Shown here piece by piece: positions 39,980 to 49,833 of a stretch of 64,000 bases of DNA (within the stretch, counting starts at the first letter, position 1; every line of letters starts with the position of its first letter). A model generated the notes under the pieces. It saw only the letters and a list, made by a program, of their open reading frames with translations. It ran no database searches and was not told the origin of the DNA. Location: NCBI RefSeq assembly GCF_963518105.1, contig NZ_CAUQID010000005.1; one strand, given 5' to 3'. A program made the translations under genes and the position numbers. Origin of the DNA: an uncultured Selenomonas sp. (GTDB taxonomy: Bacteria; Bacillota; Negativicutes; Selenomonadales; Selenomonadaceae).

Positions 39980-40588
39980 TCAGCGGTAGATGTCCAGCAC
40001 GCTGCTGACGTAGTTCTGCGTCTCGGCATAGGGCGGCACACCGCCGTATGCCTTCACGGCATTCGGTCCCGCATTGTAGGCAGCAACCGCTTTCTTCACA
40101 TCCCCGTCGAAGGTATCCAGCATCTCGCGCAGATATTTCGCACCGCCCTCGACGTTGCTCTCCATGTCGTAGGGATTAACACCGAGACCTGCTGCCGTCT
40201 CCGGCATGAGCTGCATGACGCCGACCGCCCCCGCAGGGGACACGACATCCTGACGACCGCCGGACTCGACCTCCGCCACTGCAGAGACGAGCTTCGGATC
40301 GACACCATACTTCTGCGCTGCTTGATGGATACTGTGTGCTAGTGCTGGATTGGCGAGCCCTGCCTGCGCGGCGTTTCCGACTGCTTGTGCGCCGGCTGCC
40401 GCACGGCTCTGCTGGACATGCTGCGTCTCAGCGGCGGCGTGCGTGGCAGCAGCGTTTTTGCCGCGATCAATCTCCTGCCGGAGCTTTGCCGCGAAATCAG
40501 CGCCCGGGAGCTGCTGCGGCATGGCGAACTGCCCCTCGATCTCAGCAATCCGCGCCTGTATCTGACGTACCCCCGAAAGATCCATCAT
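39980..40588 (-). CDS. Lytic transglycosylase (SLT/GH23 domain) encoded inside the flagellar operon
   Basis: Start set at ATG 40588 (ATGA overlap with the fliJ stop, GGGAGGAA SD). Motifs AEVESGG, GVMQLMP, AAYNAGP. Confidence 0.85.
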   Translation of the reverse strand: MMDLSGVRQIQARIAEIEGQFAMPQQLPGADFAAKLRQEIDRGKNAAATHAAAETQHVQQSRAAAGAQAVGNAAQAGLANPALAHSIHQAAQKYGVDPKLVSAVAEVESGGRQDVVSPAGAVGVMQLMPETAAGLGVNPYDMESNVEGGAKYLREMLDTFDGDVKKAVAAYNAGPNAVKAYGGVPPYAETQNYVSSVLDIYR

Positions 40589-41052
40589 ACTGCTTCCTCC
40601 CATTCCCTATTCCGCATAGTCAGCTGAAGACCAATCTCATCGAGCATCTTTTGCTCCTCCCGCAAGGCCTCCGCCTTATACTCCTCCAGCCGTTTTTCCC
40701 TCAATTTCTCAATACTCTTAAGGGCACTCATCTGCTCCATAAGCAGCCTAAGGCGCTTCTGCCGTTCGGCATTCGCCAGCAGGATGACCTGCTGCTGGTC
40801 TTCGATCTGCTGGCGCTTCCATCCAAAGAATCGGTTGAAACTCATGAGTCTGCCGATCTTGATGCGCGTACCTGTCTTGGATAGTTCCTCATAGTCGCGC
40901 TGCCCCTGTGCCATCTCCTCGAGGAGCTGCCGCTGATGGGCCCGGGCCTCCTCAAGACGGCGCACAGCCTCGGCAAAGGCGACCTCCGCCTTCTCCTTCT
41001 TCATGCGCGTGACCTTGAGGAGAGTTTCGAGTTGGAATTTGAACTTCTTCAT
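40585..41052 (-). CDS. fliJ: Flagellar export chaperone FliJ
   Basis: 155-aa coiled-coil protein, MKKFKFQLETLLKV..., overlapping the fliI stop. Confidence 0.85.
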   Translation of the reverse strand: MKKFKFQLETLLKVTRMKKEKAEVAFAEAVRRLEEARAHQRQLLEEMAQGQRDYEELSKTGTRIKIGRLMSFNRFFGWKRQQIEDQQQVILLANAERQKRLRLLMEQMSALKSIEKLREKRLEEYKAEALREEQKMLDEIGLQLTMRNREWEEAV

Positions 41053-42428
41053 GCGCTTTCCTCAACAGGCGGCGGCACGCTCTTACCCGTCGCGGCGAGC
41101 AGGCGCTGCTCCGTCTCCTCGTATGAGGTGACCTCATAGATGTCTTGACAGAGGAACGCATTAATGCCGTCAATCTTCTGTATCGCGGCATCAATCTTCG
41201 GGCTTGAGCCCTTAACATATGCACCGATATGAATGAGATCCTCAGCCTCGGCGTAGACCGCCATGAGCTGGCGCATCTCCTGCGCCGCCTCTAGATGCCC
41301 CTTCTCCACAACCTCATACATGACGCGGCTGACGCTGCTGAGAACGTCGATTGCAGGGAAATGGTTCTGCGCCGCAATACGGCGTGAGAGCACGATATGC
41401 CCGTCAAGAATCGAACGGACGGCATCGGCAATCGGCTCATTCATATCATCGCCGTCTACAAGAACGGTATAGATGCCCGTGATAGATCCTCGCTCACTCG
41501 TACCCGCACGCTCGAGGAGACGCGGCAGCATCGCAAAGACGGACGGCGTATAGCCGCGCGTCGCCGGCGGCTCGCCGATGGTGAGACCGACCTCGCGCTG
41601 CGCCATGGCAAAACGCGTGACCGAGTCCATCATGAGAACGACCTTATGCCCTTGATCGCGAAAATACTCGGCAATCGCCGTGCCTGTCATTGCCCCCTTA
41701 ATACGCACAAGTGCAGGCTGATCAGAGGTTGCAACGACAACGACGGAGCGCTTTAGCCCCTCCTCGCCGAGATCGCGCTCGATGAAGTCGCGCACCTCGC
41801 GTCCGCGCTCACCGACGAGCGTAATGACGCTGATGTCCGCCTCCGTATTGCGTGCGATCATGGAAAGCAGCGTAGACTTTCCTACGCCTGATCCCGCCAT
41901 GATACCGATACGCTGCCCGTCGCCGAGCGTAATCAGCCCGTCGATGGCGCGCACACCGACATAGAGATTGTCATGGATGCGCGGGCGAGTGAGCGGCGGC
42001 GGCGGCGGTGCCTGCAGAGGATATTCCTCCTTGGCAAGGATCGGCCCCTTCCCGTCGATGGGATTGCCAAGCCCGTCAAGGACGCGCCCGAGCAATTCCG
42101 GCCCCACCTTAACCCGCAGCTGGCGGCCTGTCGCGACAACCTCGCAGCCGGGGCCGATGCCCTGCATCTCGCCGACGGGCATGAGGAGCACGCGCCCCTC
42201 ACGGAACCCCACGACCTCTGCGGGCACGGCGGGCATGCCGGAGAAATGCGAACTCACATAGCAGAGCTCGCCGACTGTTACCGTCGGTCCCTGCGACTCG
42301 ATGACGAGACCAATGATCTGCGTCACCTTACCCGTCAGTTTCATCGGAGAGGATGCACGGAGCGCATCCTGAAATTTATGGATATCTATGGAAAATGGGG
42401 GATTCCCCCCCGTTTCACTCATATTCAT
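41049..42428 (-). CDS. fliI: Flagellum-specific ATPase FliI
   Basis: 459 aa with Walker A GSGVGKST and an F1/T3SS ATPase fold. Confidence 0.96.
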   Translation of the reverse strand: MNMSETGGNPPFSIDIHKFQDALRASSPMKLTGKVTQIIGLVIESQGPTVTVGELCYVSSHFSGMPAVPAEVVGFREGRVLLMPVGEMQGIGPGCEVVATGRQLRVKVGPELLGRVLDGLGNPIDGKGPILAKEEYPLQAPPPPPLTRPRIHDNLYVGVRAIDGLITLGDGQRIGIMAGSGVGKSTLLSMIARNTEADISVITLVGERGREVRDFIERDLGEEGLKRSVVVVATSDQPALVRIKGAMTGTAIAEYFRDQGHKVVLMMDSVTRFAMAQREVGLTIGEPPATRGYTPSVFAMLPRLLERAGTSERGSITGIYTVLVDGDDMNEPIADAVRSILDGHIVLSRRIAAQNHFPAIDVLSSVSRVMYEVVEKGHLEAAQEMRQLMAVYAEAEDLIHIGAYVKGSSPKIDAAIQKIDGINAFLCQDIYEVTSYEETEQRLLAATGKSVPPPVEESA

Positions 42429-43216
42429 AACATAACTTCCCGCACAGCCTTCTTGAGCTGCTCGATCTGCGTCTGGAGGCGCGCATCCACGCTGCCGTTT
42501 GGTGTCTCTACGAGGCAGTCGCCGGGCTTCAGCCCCTCATCGGAACTAATCGTGAGGTTCGTATCGCCCGCCGTCAGAATGCCGCGCAGCTCATCTCGTG
42601 CCATCAGCACGAAATCGTAGCTGTCAGGCGGGACATGGATGATGATCTCCTTCTGATCTTTGACGCGCAGAATGGCATCGCGGACGACGGGCAGAACCAT
42701 CTGCGGCACATCAATAAAGTGCTGCGGCAGAACGCGCTCGACTGCCGTCATGGCAATCGAAATGATGTCCTGCTCGGCATTCACTACATAGTCTCGTATG
42801 GCATCATGGGCATCGCGCAGTGTCTTCTCCGCCTGTGCATTCGTCCGGCGAATGAGCTCTGCCATCTCCTCACGCACGGCCGCCTCGCCTGCCTCACGGC
42901 CTGCGGCAAGCCCCTCTTCGTATCCGCGAGTGCGTGCCTGCTCGCATTCCTGCTGAACCTGTTCCTTCGCCTCTGCCAGAAGCCGATCACGTTCCTCCTC
43001 GGCTTCCCCGCGAAGGACGGCGACCTGTATCTCTGCTTCTCGGACGCGCTCGTCCATCGCCTGTTCGCGCTCCGCAATGCGGGCGAGCAGGTTCTGAACG
43101 GCTTCTTCGCTCAGGGCTTCCTCCTCGCCGTCCTCGCAGGGGGGCGGTGGTGGTGGCGGAGCGTCGATGAGATGCGGATTCTCTTCCCAGACGGCTGCCT
43201 TGATAACTCTAGACAA
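42425..43216 (-). CDS. fliH: Flagellar assembly protein FliH
   Basis: 263 aa, TTG start overlapping the fliG stop. Poly-Pro/acidic N-terminus, coiled coil, FliH C-domain. Confidence 0.85.
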   Translation of the reverse strand: MSRVIKAAVWEENPHLIDAPPPPPPPCEDGEEEALSEEAVQNLLARIAEREQAMDERVREAEIQVAVLRGEAEEERDRLLAEAKEQVQQECEQARTRGYEEGLAAGREAGEAAVREEMAELIRRTNAQAEKTLRDAHDAIRDYVVNAEQDIISIAMTAVERVLPQHFIDVPQMVLPVVRDAILRVKDQKEIIIHVPPDSYDFVLMARDELRGILTAGDTNLTISSDEGLKPGDCLVETPNGSVDARLQTQIEQLKKAVREVML

Positions 43217-44228
43217 TCATCTCGTCTCCCTTGCCGCGCGAAATCACAATCTCGCCCTTGTCCTCGAGCACGCGGATGACACCGACCACCTTCTGCTGCG
43301 CTTCCTCGACGTCGCGGATCTTGACAGGACCCATGAACTCGATTTCCTCGCGCAGCATATCGGCAGCACGCGTCGACATATTCTTGAACACCTTCTCGGC
43401 GACCTCCTGGGGAGTTGCCTTGAGAGCGAGCGAAAGATCCTTCGTCTCGACCTGCCGCAGTACGAGCTGCAGCGAACGATCGTCGATCTGGACAATGTCC
43501 TCGAACACAAACATGAGCTTTTTGATCTCTTCGGCCAGCTCTGGATTGTCGACCTCGAGCGTTTCGACAATCGCCTTCTCCGTCGTGCGGTCGACGCGGT
43601 TGAGCACCTCGACGATTGCCTTGATGCCGCCCGCCGTCGTGAAGTCCTGCGTCACCATAGAGGACAGCTTCCTCTCAAGCACGCGTTCGACTTCTCGGAT
43701 GAAGTCCGGCGACGTGCGGTCCATCATTGCCACGCGCTTCGTGACCTCAACCTGCGACTCCGGCGGCAGAGAACCGAGGACGATCGCCGCCTGATCCGGC
43801 TCGAGATACGCCATGATAAGGGCGATGGTCTGCGGATGCTCGTTCTGAATGAAGTTGAGCAGCTGCGCGGGGTCGGTTTTCCGCAGGAAGTCGAAGGGAC
43901 GCACCTGCAGACTTGTCGTGAGGCGATTGATGATCTCGAGTGCCTTGTCCGGCCCGAGTGCCTTCTCGAGGACATTCTGGGCATACTGCAGACCACCCGA
44001 AGAAATGTAGTCCTGCGCCATGCACATAGAGTAGAATTCGGCGATGATCTCCGCCTTGAGCGAGGAGGACACCTGCTTTTGGTTCGCAATCTCGAGCGTC
44101 AGATGCTCGATCTCATCGTCATCCATGTGCTGAAACAGCTTGGCAGAGTACTCCGGCCCGATGGCGATGAAGAGGATTGCAGCCTTCTGCTGATTGCTCA
44201 GGTCGCCGCTGCCATACATATCCGGCAT
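43209..44228 (-). CDS. fliG: Flagellar motor switch protein FliG
   Basis: Start set at ATG 44228 (GGAGGAGGAG SD). Motifs: QKAAILFIAIG, MFVFEDI, EVE.AQQKV. Confidence 0.96.
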   Translation of the reverse strand: MPDMYGSGDLSNQQKAAILFIAIGPEYSAKLFQHMDDDEIEHLTLEIANQKQVSSSLKAEIIAEFYSMCMAQDYISSGGLQYAQNVLEKALGPDKALEIINRLTTSLQVRPFDFLRKTDPAQLLNFIQNEHPQTIALIMAYLEPDQAAIVLGSLPPESQVEVTKRVAMMDRTSPDFIREVERVLERKLSSMVTQDFTTAGGIKAIVEVLNRVDRTTEKAIVETLEVDNPELAEEIKKLMFVFEDIVQIDDRSLQLVLRQVETKDLSLALKATPQEVAEKVFKNMSTRAADMLREEIEFMGPVKIRDVEEAQQKVVGVIRVLEDKGEIVISRGKGDEMIV

Positions 44229-44230
44229 AG

Positions 44231-45811
44231 TTACTCCTCCTCCGAAAGCCACGTCTTGACGAGGAGCGCCACCTCTTCGGGCTTGGCATCAATGAGGGCA
44301 AGGAGGGCGAGTTTCTGGTTCATCTGATGCTGCTCCTCCTCGGAGAGGTCTTCTTCCTCGACCTCGCCCGCTGCAATCGCTGCAGCACGCTCCTCTGCAA
44401 TGCGCTCTTCTTCGAGACGGCGAGCCTCTTCCGCTGCCTCGCGCTCGAGACGCTTCTTGCGGCGGTACATGAGAATGCCGCCGACGATGAGTGCGATGAC
44501 GAGCAGCGCAAGGCCCACCTGCGTGTAGAAGATACGATCCTGACGGTCCTTCTCCGCCTGCTCCTCTGCGGCACGGCGCTCCGCTGCCTCCGTGCTGAAC
44601 GGCAGCGGTTCGACCGAGATCGTATCGCCGCGTGTCGGATTGATCCCCGCCGCACTGCTCACCGTACGCAGGATGCTTTCCTGCTGCGGCTGCGTCACAT
44701 CATCATTGACGAGGACGGCCACCGTGAGGCGACGGATCGAGCCGGGCGAGGCGATGACGTGCTGGCGTTCCTCGTTGATCTCGTAGTTCTTCGTGGATTC
44801 TTTTTTCTCATACTCGGCGTTGGCGTTCGCTTCCTGCTCCACATAGCCGGGGACGTTGCTCTGCACGCCTGCCGGGCCGCCGGGGTTCGTGGAGCTGCCG
44901 ACATAACTCTCTGAGATATCCTGCTGGCTGCGGATGATGCCCGCATCATCCACGACCGGCGTGAAGGTCTGCCGATCGGTCAGACGATCATCGAAGTCCA
45001 ATTCCACGCTGACACGCGCAAAAGCTCGTCCTTCGCCGAGTGTCTGATCGAGCAGGGACTGCACCTTTTTCTCAATGTTATCCTGCACCTTGCGCGTCAT
45101 GTCAAGCTGTGTAAGTGTCTTGACACCGATGGCGTTCTCGTCCTGATCGTCAGGGTCATTGAGAATCTTGCCCGTATCATCGACGATGGTGATATTCTCG
45201 GGCGTCAGCCCCTTCACGCTGTGGGCAGCTAGATTGACAATCCCCTTGATTTCCTTCTTTGTCAGTTCCGCATGAGGTTTAATGCGCAGCATAATAGAAG
45301 CCGTCGCAGGCTTCTCCTCTTTCTTGTAGAGGCTGTCCTCCGGCAAAACGATGTGCACGCGCGCCTTCTCAACCGCCTCGATCTGCTCCACTGTGCGCGT
45401 CAGCTCCCCCTGCAGCGCCTGGAGATAATTGACGCGATTCTGGAACTCCGTAACGCCTAGTTTGCTGTCGTCAAAGAGCTCGAATCCCTTGTTCCCGCGC
45501 GGCAGTCCCTGCGTGGCGAGGTTGAGCCGCGCCTCATGGACGTTCGTTGTCGGAACGAGGATGGTCGTACCCGTTTTATTTTCCTGTACTTCGTAGGCGA
45601 TCTTCGACTCGCGCAGCTGATTGGCGACCTCGCCGGCATCCTTGGTCTCCATGTCGGTGAACAGCGGCACCATATCGGGCTTGCTGCCGTACCAGAAGCT
45701 TAGGCCAAAGATGAGAACGAGAATCGCGAGCGTCGAACCGAGCATGATGTAGCGCTGCTTCTTGTCAAAGCGTTCCCACATGGCAAGGCTGCGCTCTTTC
45801 CACTCTCCCAT
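44231..45811 (-). CDS. fliF: Flagellar M-ring protein FliF
   Basis: 526 aa, two TM helices, YscJ/FliF family periplasmic core. Confidence 0.95.
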   Translation of the reverse strand: MGEWKERSLAMWERFDKKQRYIMLGSTLAILVLIFGLSFWYGSKPDMVPLFTDMETKDAGEVANQLRESKIAYEVQENKTGTTILVPTTNVHEARLNLATQGLPRGNKGFELFDDSKLGVTEFQNRVNYLQALQGELTRTVEQIEAVEKARVHIVLPEDSLYKKEEKPATASIMLRIKPHAELTKKEIKGIVNLAAHSVKGLTPENITIVDDTGKILNDPDDQDENAIGVKTLTQLDMTRKVQDNIEKKVQSLLDQTLGEGRAFARVSVELDFDDRLTDRQTFTPVVDDAGIIRSQQDISESYVGSSTNPGGPAGVQSNVPGYVEQEANANAEYEKKESTKNYEINEERQHVIASPGSIRRLTVAVLVNDDVTQPQQESILRTVSSAAGINPTRGDTISVEPLPFSTEAAERRAAEEQAEKDRQDRIFYTQVGLALLVIALIVGGILMYRRKKRLEREAAEEARRLEEERIAEERAAAIAAGEVEEEDLSEEEQHQMNQKLALLALIDAKPEEVALLVKTWLSEEE

Positions 45812-45881
45812 AATCTCTTTCCCTTCAAGTCATCACGTTGTGCGCCGCCCCCCGCGGAGCGTACGAAACGGCAGGCAATCC

Positions 45882-46190
45882 TTACACCTGCATCCGCATG
45901 ATTTCCTGATAGGCAGACATGGCGCGGTTGCGCAGCTGCAGCGTGAGCTGCAGCGCAATCTCGGCCTTCTGCCCTGCAACGATGACCTGAGAGATATCCG
46001 AAACTTCGCCTGCGGCGAGCAGTGCATTCTGCTCGTCCGATGCCAGCTGAAGCTGGTTCACCTCGGAGAGGGCATCCTTGAGATAAGTGCCGAAGCTCTT
46101 TTCTTCGGGCTTTTCGATGGTCTCGCCCAGATGGCTGGGGGCGCGCATCGTTACAGGGGTCATTTGCAGTGCTTGTACTTCCATATACAT
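45882..46190 (-). CDS. fliE: Flagellar hook-basal body complex protein FliE
   Basis: 102 aa with a conserved C-terminus (ALQLTLQLRNRAMSAYQEIMRMQV). Confidence 0.92.
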   Translation of the reverse strand: MYMEVQALQMTPVTMRAPSHLGETIEKPEEKSFGTYLKDALSEVNQLQLASDEQNALLAAGEVSDISQVIVAGQKAEIALQLTLQLRNRAMSAYQEIMRMQV

Positions 46191-46218
46191 TGATCTCCCT
46201 TAATAATGTGCGCAGAAA

Positions 46219-46674
46219 TCAGCTTCCGCTGCCGATACGAAGCGCCGCCGTCACCATAGACTTGGCCGCATTGATCGTCGTGGCATTCGCCTCGTAGCCG
46301 CGGGAAGCTGAAATCATGTCGACCATCTCGGCGACAATATTGACATTGGGGCGCTCGACATAGCCGTCCGCATTCGCGTCCGGATGCCCCGGCTCGTAGA
46401 CGAGCGTGCCCTGCGTACGATCCTCCTGGATCGAGACTGCACGAACACCGTCGCCGGGGCGCAGTCGGTCGGAGGCACGCGCAAGGAACGACTCGAAGCC
46501 GATCCCGTGCCCCTTTTCGCGCGGTTGGAATACGACATAGCGCCGATGATAGGCGCCGCCGCCCTGTGCGCGCGTCGTATTCGCATTCGCGATATTGTTG
46601 GAGATCACGTCCATGCGCAGCCGCTCTGCCGTAAGACCGGAAGCCGCCGCATCAATTCCCAGAAACATTCCCAT
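46219..46674 (-). CDS. flgC: Flagellar basal-body rod protein FlgC
   Basis: 151 aa; motifs SGLTAERLRMDVISNNIANANT and a C-terminal rod motif. Confidence 0.95.
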   Translation of the reverse strand: MGMFLGIDAAASGLTAERLRMDVISNNIANANTTRAQGGGAYHRRYVVFQPREKGHGIGFESFLARASDRLRPGDGVRAVSIQEDRTQGTLVYEPGHPDANADGYVERPNVNIVAEMVDMISASRGYEANATTINAAKSMVTAALRIGSGS

Positions 46675-46692
46675 ATCGTGTCCTCCCCGTTA

Positions 46693-47115
46693 TCAGCCGC
46701 CCTGATTGCTGTTGATGACACTCTTCAGCTTGCTGATGTGTCCCCCCAACGCATTCGCCAGCGCACTGTAATATAGCTGATTTTTTGCAACCTCGGCCAT
46801 CTCGATATCAATGTCAACATTGTTGCGGTCAAGGCGCATATTGGTCGTATCGTCCTGCTCGATGACCGCGCGCGCCTTACCGCGTGCCTCGATCGGCAGG
46901 TGACGGTCATGCGTGCGCACGACCTTCATCAGAGGATCATTCCCGATGCCCAGTTCCCGCTTCAGCAGGTCCTCAAAACGGACATGACTCCGCTTGAAAT
47001 TGGGTGTGTTCACGTTGGCGATGTTGTTGCTGAGTACCTCATGGCGCAGCGATGCTGCCGCCATCGCACGGCTGCCGATGTCCATTGTCGTGCTGTTGAC
47101 CAGCTGCTCAAGCAT
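46693..47115 (-). CDS. flgB: Flagellar basal-body rod protein FlgB
   Basis: 140 aa; LRHEVLSNNIANVNTPNFKR. Confidence 0.95.
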   Translation of the reverse strand: MLEQLVNSTTMDIGSRAMAAASLRHEVLSNNIANVNTPNFKRSHVRFEDLLKRELGIGNDPLMKVVRTHDRHLPIEARGKARAVIEQDDTTNMRLDRNNVDIDIEMAEVAKNQLYYSALANALGGHISKLKSVINSNQGG

Positions 47116-47213
47116 GAAACGTCACATTCCTTTCCCATATTTTATGCGCACAGAAAAACCGCACACAAAACAGATATATATTTAGTTCTACATCCCCTAA
47201 AAAAATCCTTTTC

Positions 47214-47242
47214 ATTCTAGCACTTTTTCCCTAAAAAGTGAA
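47214..47242 (-). promoter_or_regulatory. Sigma-70-type promoter of the flgB operon
   Basis: Minus strand: TTCACT, 17-nt spacer, TAGAAT. Confidence 0.5.
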
Positions 47243-47283
47243 GGCAGTTTTTAATACAGATACAATGGCGCAGTGTACAATCT

Positions 47284-48135
47284 CTATGCATGTCCTGCTG
47301 CCGTATCGACATACAAGCTCTTGACGAGAATGTCGATCTCGTGCACGACCATCCCCGTCATACGTTCGATCTCCGCACGCAGCTGGCTGCGCAGCGACGT
47401 CATCGCGTCTGCAATCGCGTGGCCGTAGGCAAAGACAACTTCGAGCGAGACATTGATGCCGAGATCCTCGTCTCCGCTGACCACATGGTGCACATGCAGC
47501 CCGCCGACGCGGTGCACATGTGCCAACTGCTCGGCAACGATATGCACGATGTTCTTGATGACCGAATCGTCGATGATGAGCTTGCCGTAGTAGCTGAACA
47601 CCGGACGCACGATGGAGCGTTCGCCGAGGCGGCGACGCTTCGATGCGGAGGTTTTGAAGAAGCTTTTGATGGGGTCGATGAGGTAGCCGGAGAAATGCGG
47701 TTTGAGTTCGATGCTCGGCACGGGTATGATATGCTCGCCGCGTTTGAGGCGGTGGTATTGCGCGATTTCCATATCCTTCTTCGAGGCAATGTCCTCGATG
47801 CGGATGATCTTGCCGACCGGCCCGATACGCAGTGCCTTTGCAATCTTCTGTACCATATTCTCCGACGTACCAAGGAGCAGAATGCGCCGCGGCGCAGATT
47901 CCTCTATGGCGCGGCGCACATCCGAAGCGTGACCCGGCAGGACGAAGATGGCACGCCGCACAGCCATGATGCGGTTCTTCTCCTTTTTCGCAGAGACACC
48001 GCCGATGACCTTACCGTCCTTGATCAGGATGCCGTCATCAATGATGGCATCCGCACCATTGGTACGGGCGACCCACAGCGCTCGATGGCTTTTTCCTGTG
48101 CCGCTTGGGCCGACGAGAGCGATGACGTCCATCAT
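47284..48135 (-). CDS. Fusion protein: HprK-like P-loop domain plus a C-terminal Asp23/Gls24-like domain
   Basis: The N-terminus VIALVGPSGTGKSHRALWVARTNGADAIIDDGILI follows the HPr-kinase P-loop pattern G.SG.GKS..AL.....G...I.DD. The C-terminal 110 aa (YYGKLIIDDSVIKNIVHIVAEQ...GINVSLEVVFAYGHAIADAMTSLRSQLRAEIERMTG) is Asp23-like. Confidence 0.7.
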   Translation of the reverse strand: MMDVIALVGPSGTGKSHRALWVARTNGADAIIDDGILIKDGKVIGGVSAKKEKNRIMAVRRAIFVLPGHASDVRRAIEESAPRRILLLGTSENMVQKIAKALRIGPVGKIIRIEDIASKKDMEIAQYHRLKRGEHIIPVPSIELKPHFSGYLIDPIKSFFKTSASKRRRLGERSIVRPVFSYYGKLIIDDSVIKNIVHIVAEQLAHVHRVGGLHVHHVVSGDEDLGINVSLEVVFAYGHAIADAMTSLRSQLRAEIERMTGMVVHEIDILVKSLYVDTAAGHA

Positions 48136-48168
48136 ATCCCTCCTCTGATTATTGTAGGAAAATGTTTC

Positions 48169-48999
48169 CTATGCGGACGAGGACGGACGGTAAAAATTCT
48201 CCGCATAGATGTCCTCGATGGTGAACTGTCCGATGGCCTCAGGCTCGCGTCCGGGAAAGCCGCGATAGTCGGAGCCGCCCGATACGAGCAGGCCGTTCTG
48301 CTGGGCGAGTTCCATGTAATGCTGCGTATCCGCACGGTCGTAGCCTGGATAGAAGGCCTCAATGCCCTGCACTCCCTGGGCGATGAGGTCTTCGATCAGC
48401 GCATCGTCCGAGGACTTTGGGTTGCCGATGACAGGGATTCCGCCCGCTCGCTTGATGAGCTCGATCAGCTCCTCCGGCACAAGGCGGTAGTGCGGTACAT
48501 ACGCAGGCCTTCCGCGCAGGAGAAGCTGATCAAAGCACGCACGAATGGAATCGAAATACCCTTTTTTTACGAGGACGCGTGCCACATGGGAACGTCCGAC
48601 CGCCTTGCACATCCCCTCATCCGTCAGTACCTCAGTCTCGCCGATCTCATAGCCGAGCCCCCGCAGAAGTTCCACGATCTCAGTGAATCGTGTCCAGCGC
48701 GCCTCGCTGATCTCCTCGAGTTTCTCCTGGAGACCCGCATCGTAGATATCTATATTATACCCCAGAATATGGACTTCATTCTGCGCGTCTCCCGCGGTGA
48801 ATCCAACTCCCGGGATGAGCCGAAGGCTGCTGCCGGCGCCGCAGCGCCCGCTCTCATAGAGCTCCGTAACGCCCTCCACGCTGTCGTGGTCCGTGATGGC
48901 GATGTAGCGCAGTCCCGCCGCCTTTGCCGCCTCCACAATCTCCTCCGGCGTATTGCGACCGTCGGAAAAGGTCGTATGGATATGCAAATCGCTTGGCAT
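48169..48999 (-). CDS. PHP-domain metal-dependent phosphoesterase (TrpH/YciV-like)
   Basis: MPSDLHIHTTFSDG...ITDHDSV motifs. Confidence 0.85.
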   Translation of the reverse strand: MPSDLHIHTTFSDGRNTPEEIVEAAKAAGLRYIAITDHDSVEGVTELYESGRCGAGSSLRLIPGVGFTAGDAQNEVHILGYNIDIYDAGLQEKLEEISEARWTRFTEIVELLRGLGYEIGETEVLTDEGMCKAVGRSHVARVLVKKGYFDSIRACFDQLLLRGRPAYVPHYRLVPEELIELIKRAGGIPVIGNPKSSDDALIEDLIAQGVQGIEAFYPGYDRADTQHYMELAQQNGLLVSGGSDYRGFPGREPEAIGQFTIEDIYAENFYRPSSSA

Positions 49000-49017
49000 A
49001 GAATAGGTTCTCCTCGC

Positions 49018-49800
49018 TCACTCCTGCGCGCGGATGAGCACGCGCTCGATTGCCGGTGCACACCGCCCCGACGGATCAATATCGACAATGACGGCGGCAT
49101 ACTCCGATGCCCCCTCTGCCATCTCAAACCGCACGGGCATCCCCGTACGAAACTTCTGAATTACAATATCCTTACGCACGCCGAGAATGGAGTCATAGGG
49201 CCCCACCATCCCAAGGTCCGTGATGTACGCCGTGCCGCCGGGCAAAATCTGCGCATCCGCCGTCTGCACATGCGTGTGCGTACCGACCACGATGTCGGCG
49301 CGTCCATCGAGATAGTGTCCCATTGCGAGCTTCTCCGATGTCGTCTCCGCATGGAAATCCAGCACAATGATATCCGCGCGATCTGCGATCTCGGCGAGAA
49401 GCTCATCCACTTTCTGAAAGGGACAATCGAGCGGCGGCAGAAAGGAACGCCCCGATAGGTTCATGACAGCAATATTGACCGCCTTGAACGGGAAGATGCA
49501 GTAGCCTCGCCCGGGCGTTCCCTCAGGATAGTTCGCGGGACGAATGAGGAACGGCTCATCGTCAATGAACGCAAACACGTCCTTTTTATCCCAGACATGA
49601 TTGCCAGAGGTCACAATATCTGCACCGCCCGCATAGAGTTCATCGAGAGACTTGCGTGTATAGCCCTTCCCGCCGGCAGAGTTCTCGCCGTTCACAATGA
49701 CGACATCCACCCCCCGTTCTGCGCGCAGGCGCGGTGTCAACGTGCGGAAGGCACGCCGCCCTGCACGTCCGACCACATCACCGACCAGCATGATGCGCAC
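49018..49800 (-). CDS. ymdB: YmdB-family metallophosphoesterase (2',3'-cyclic-nucleotide 2'-phosphodiesterase)
   Basis: GTG start with a GAGGAGGGA SD. Motifs: (M)RIMLVGDVVG, VNGENSAGG, TSGNHVWD, DFHAETTSEK. Confidence 0.9.
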   Translation of the reverse strand: MRIMLVGDVVGRAGRRAFRTLTPRLRAERGVDVVIVNGENSAGGKGYTRKSLDELYAGGADIVTSGNHVWDKKDVFAFIDDEPFLIRPANYPEGTPGRGYCIFPFKAVNIAVMNLSGRSFLPPLDCPFQKVDELLAEIADRADIIVLDFHAETTSEKLAMGHYLDGRADIVVGTHTHVQTADAQILPGGTAYITDLGMVGPYDSILGVRKDIVIQKFRTGMPVRFEMAEGASEYAAVIVDIDPSGRCAPAIERVLIRAQE

Positions 49801-49833
49801 GGTCTTCCCTCCTCATCCGATTCTTCTGCGTTC

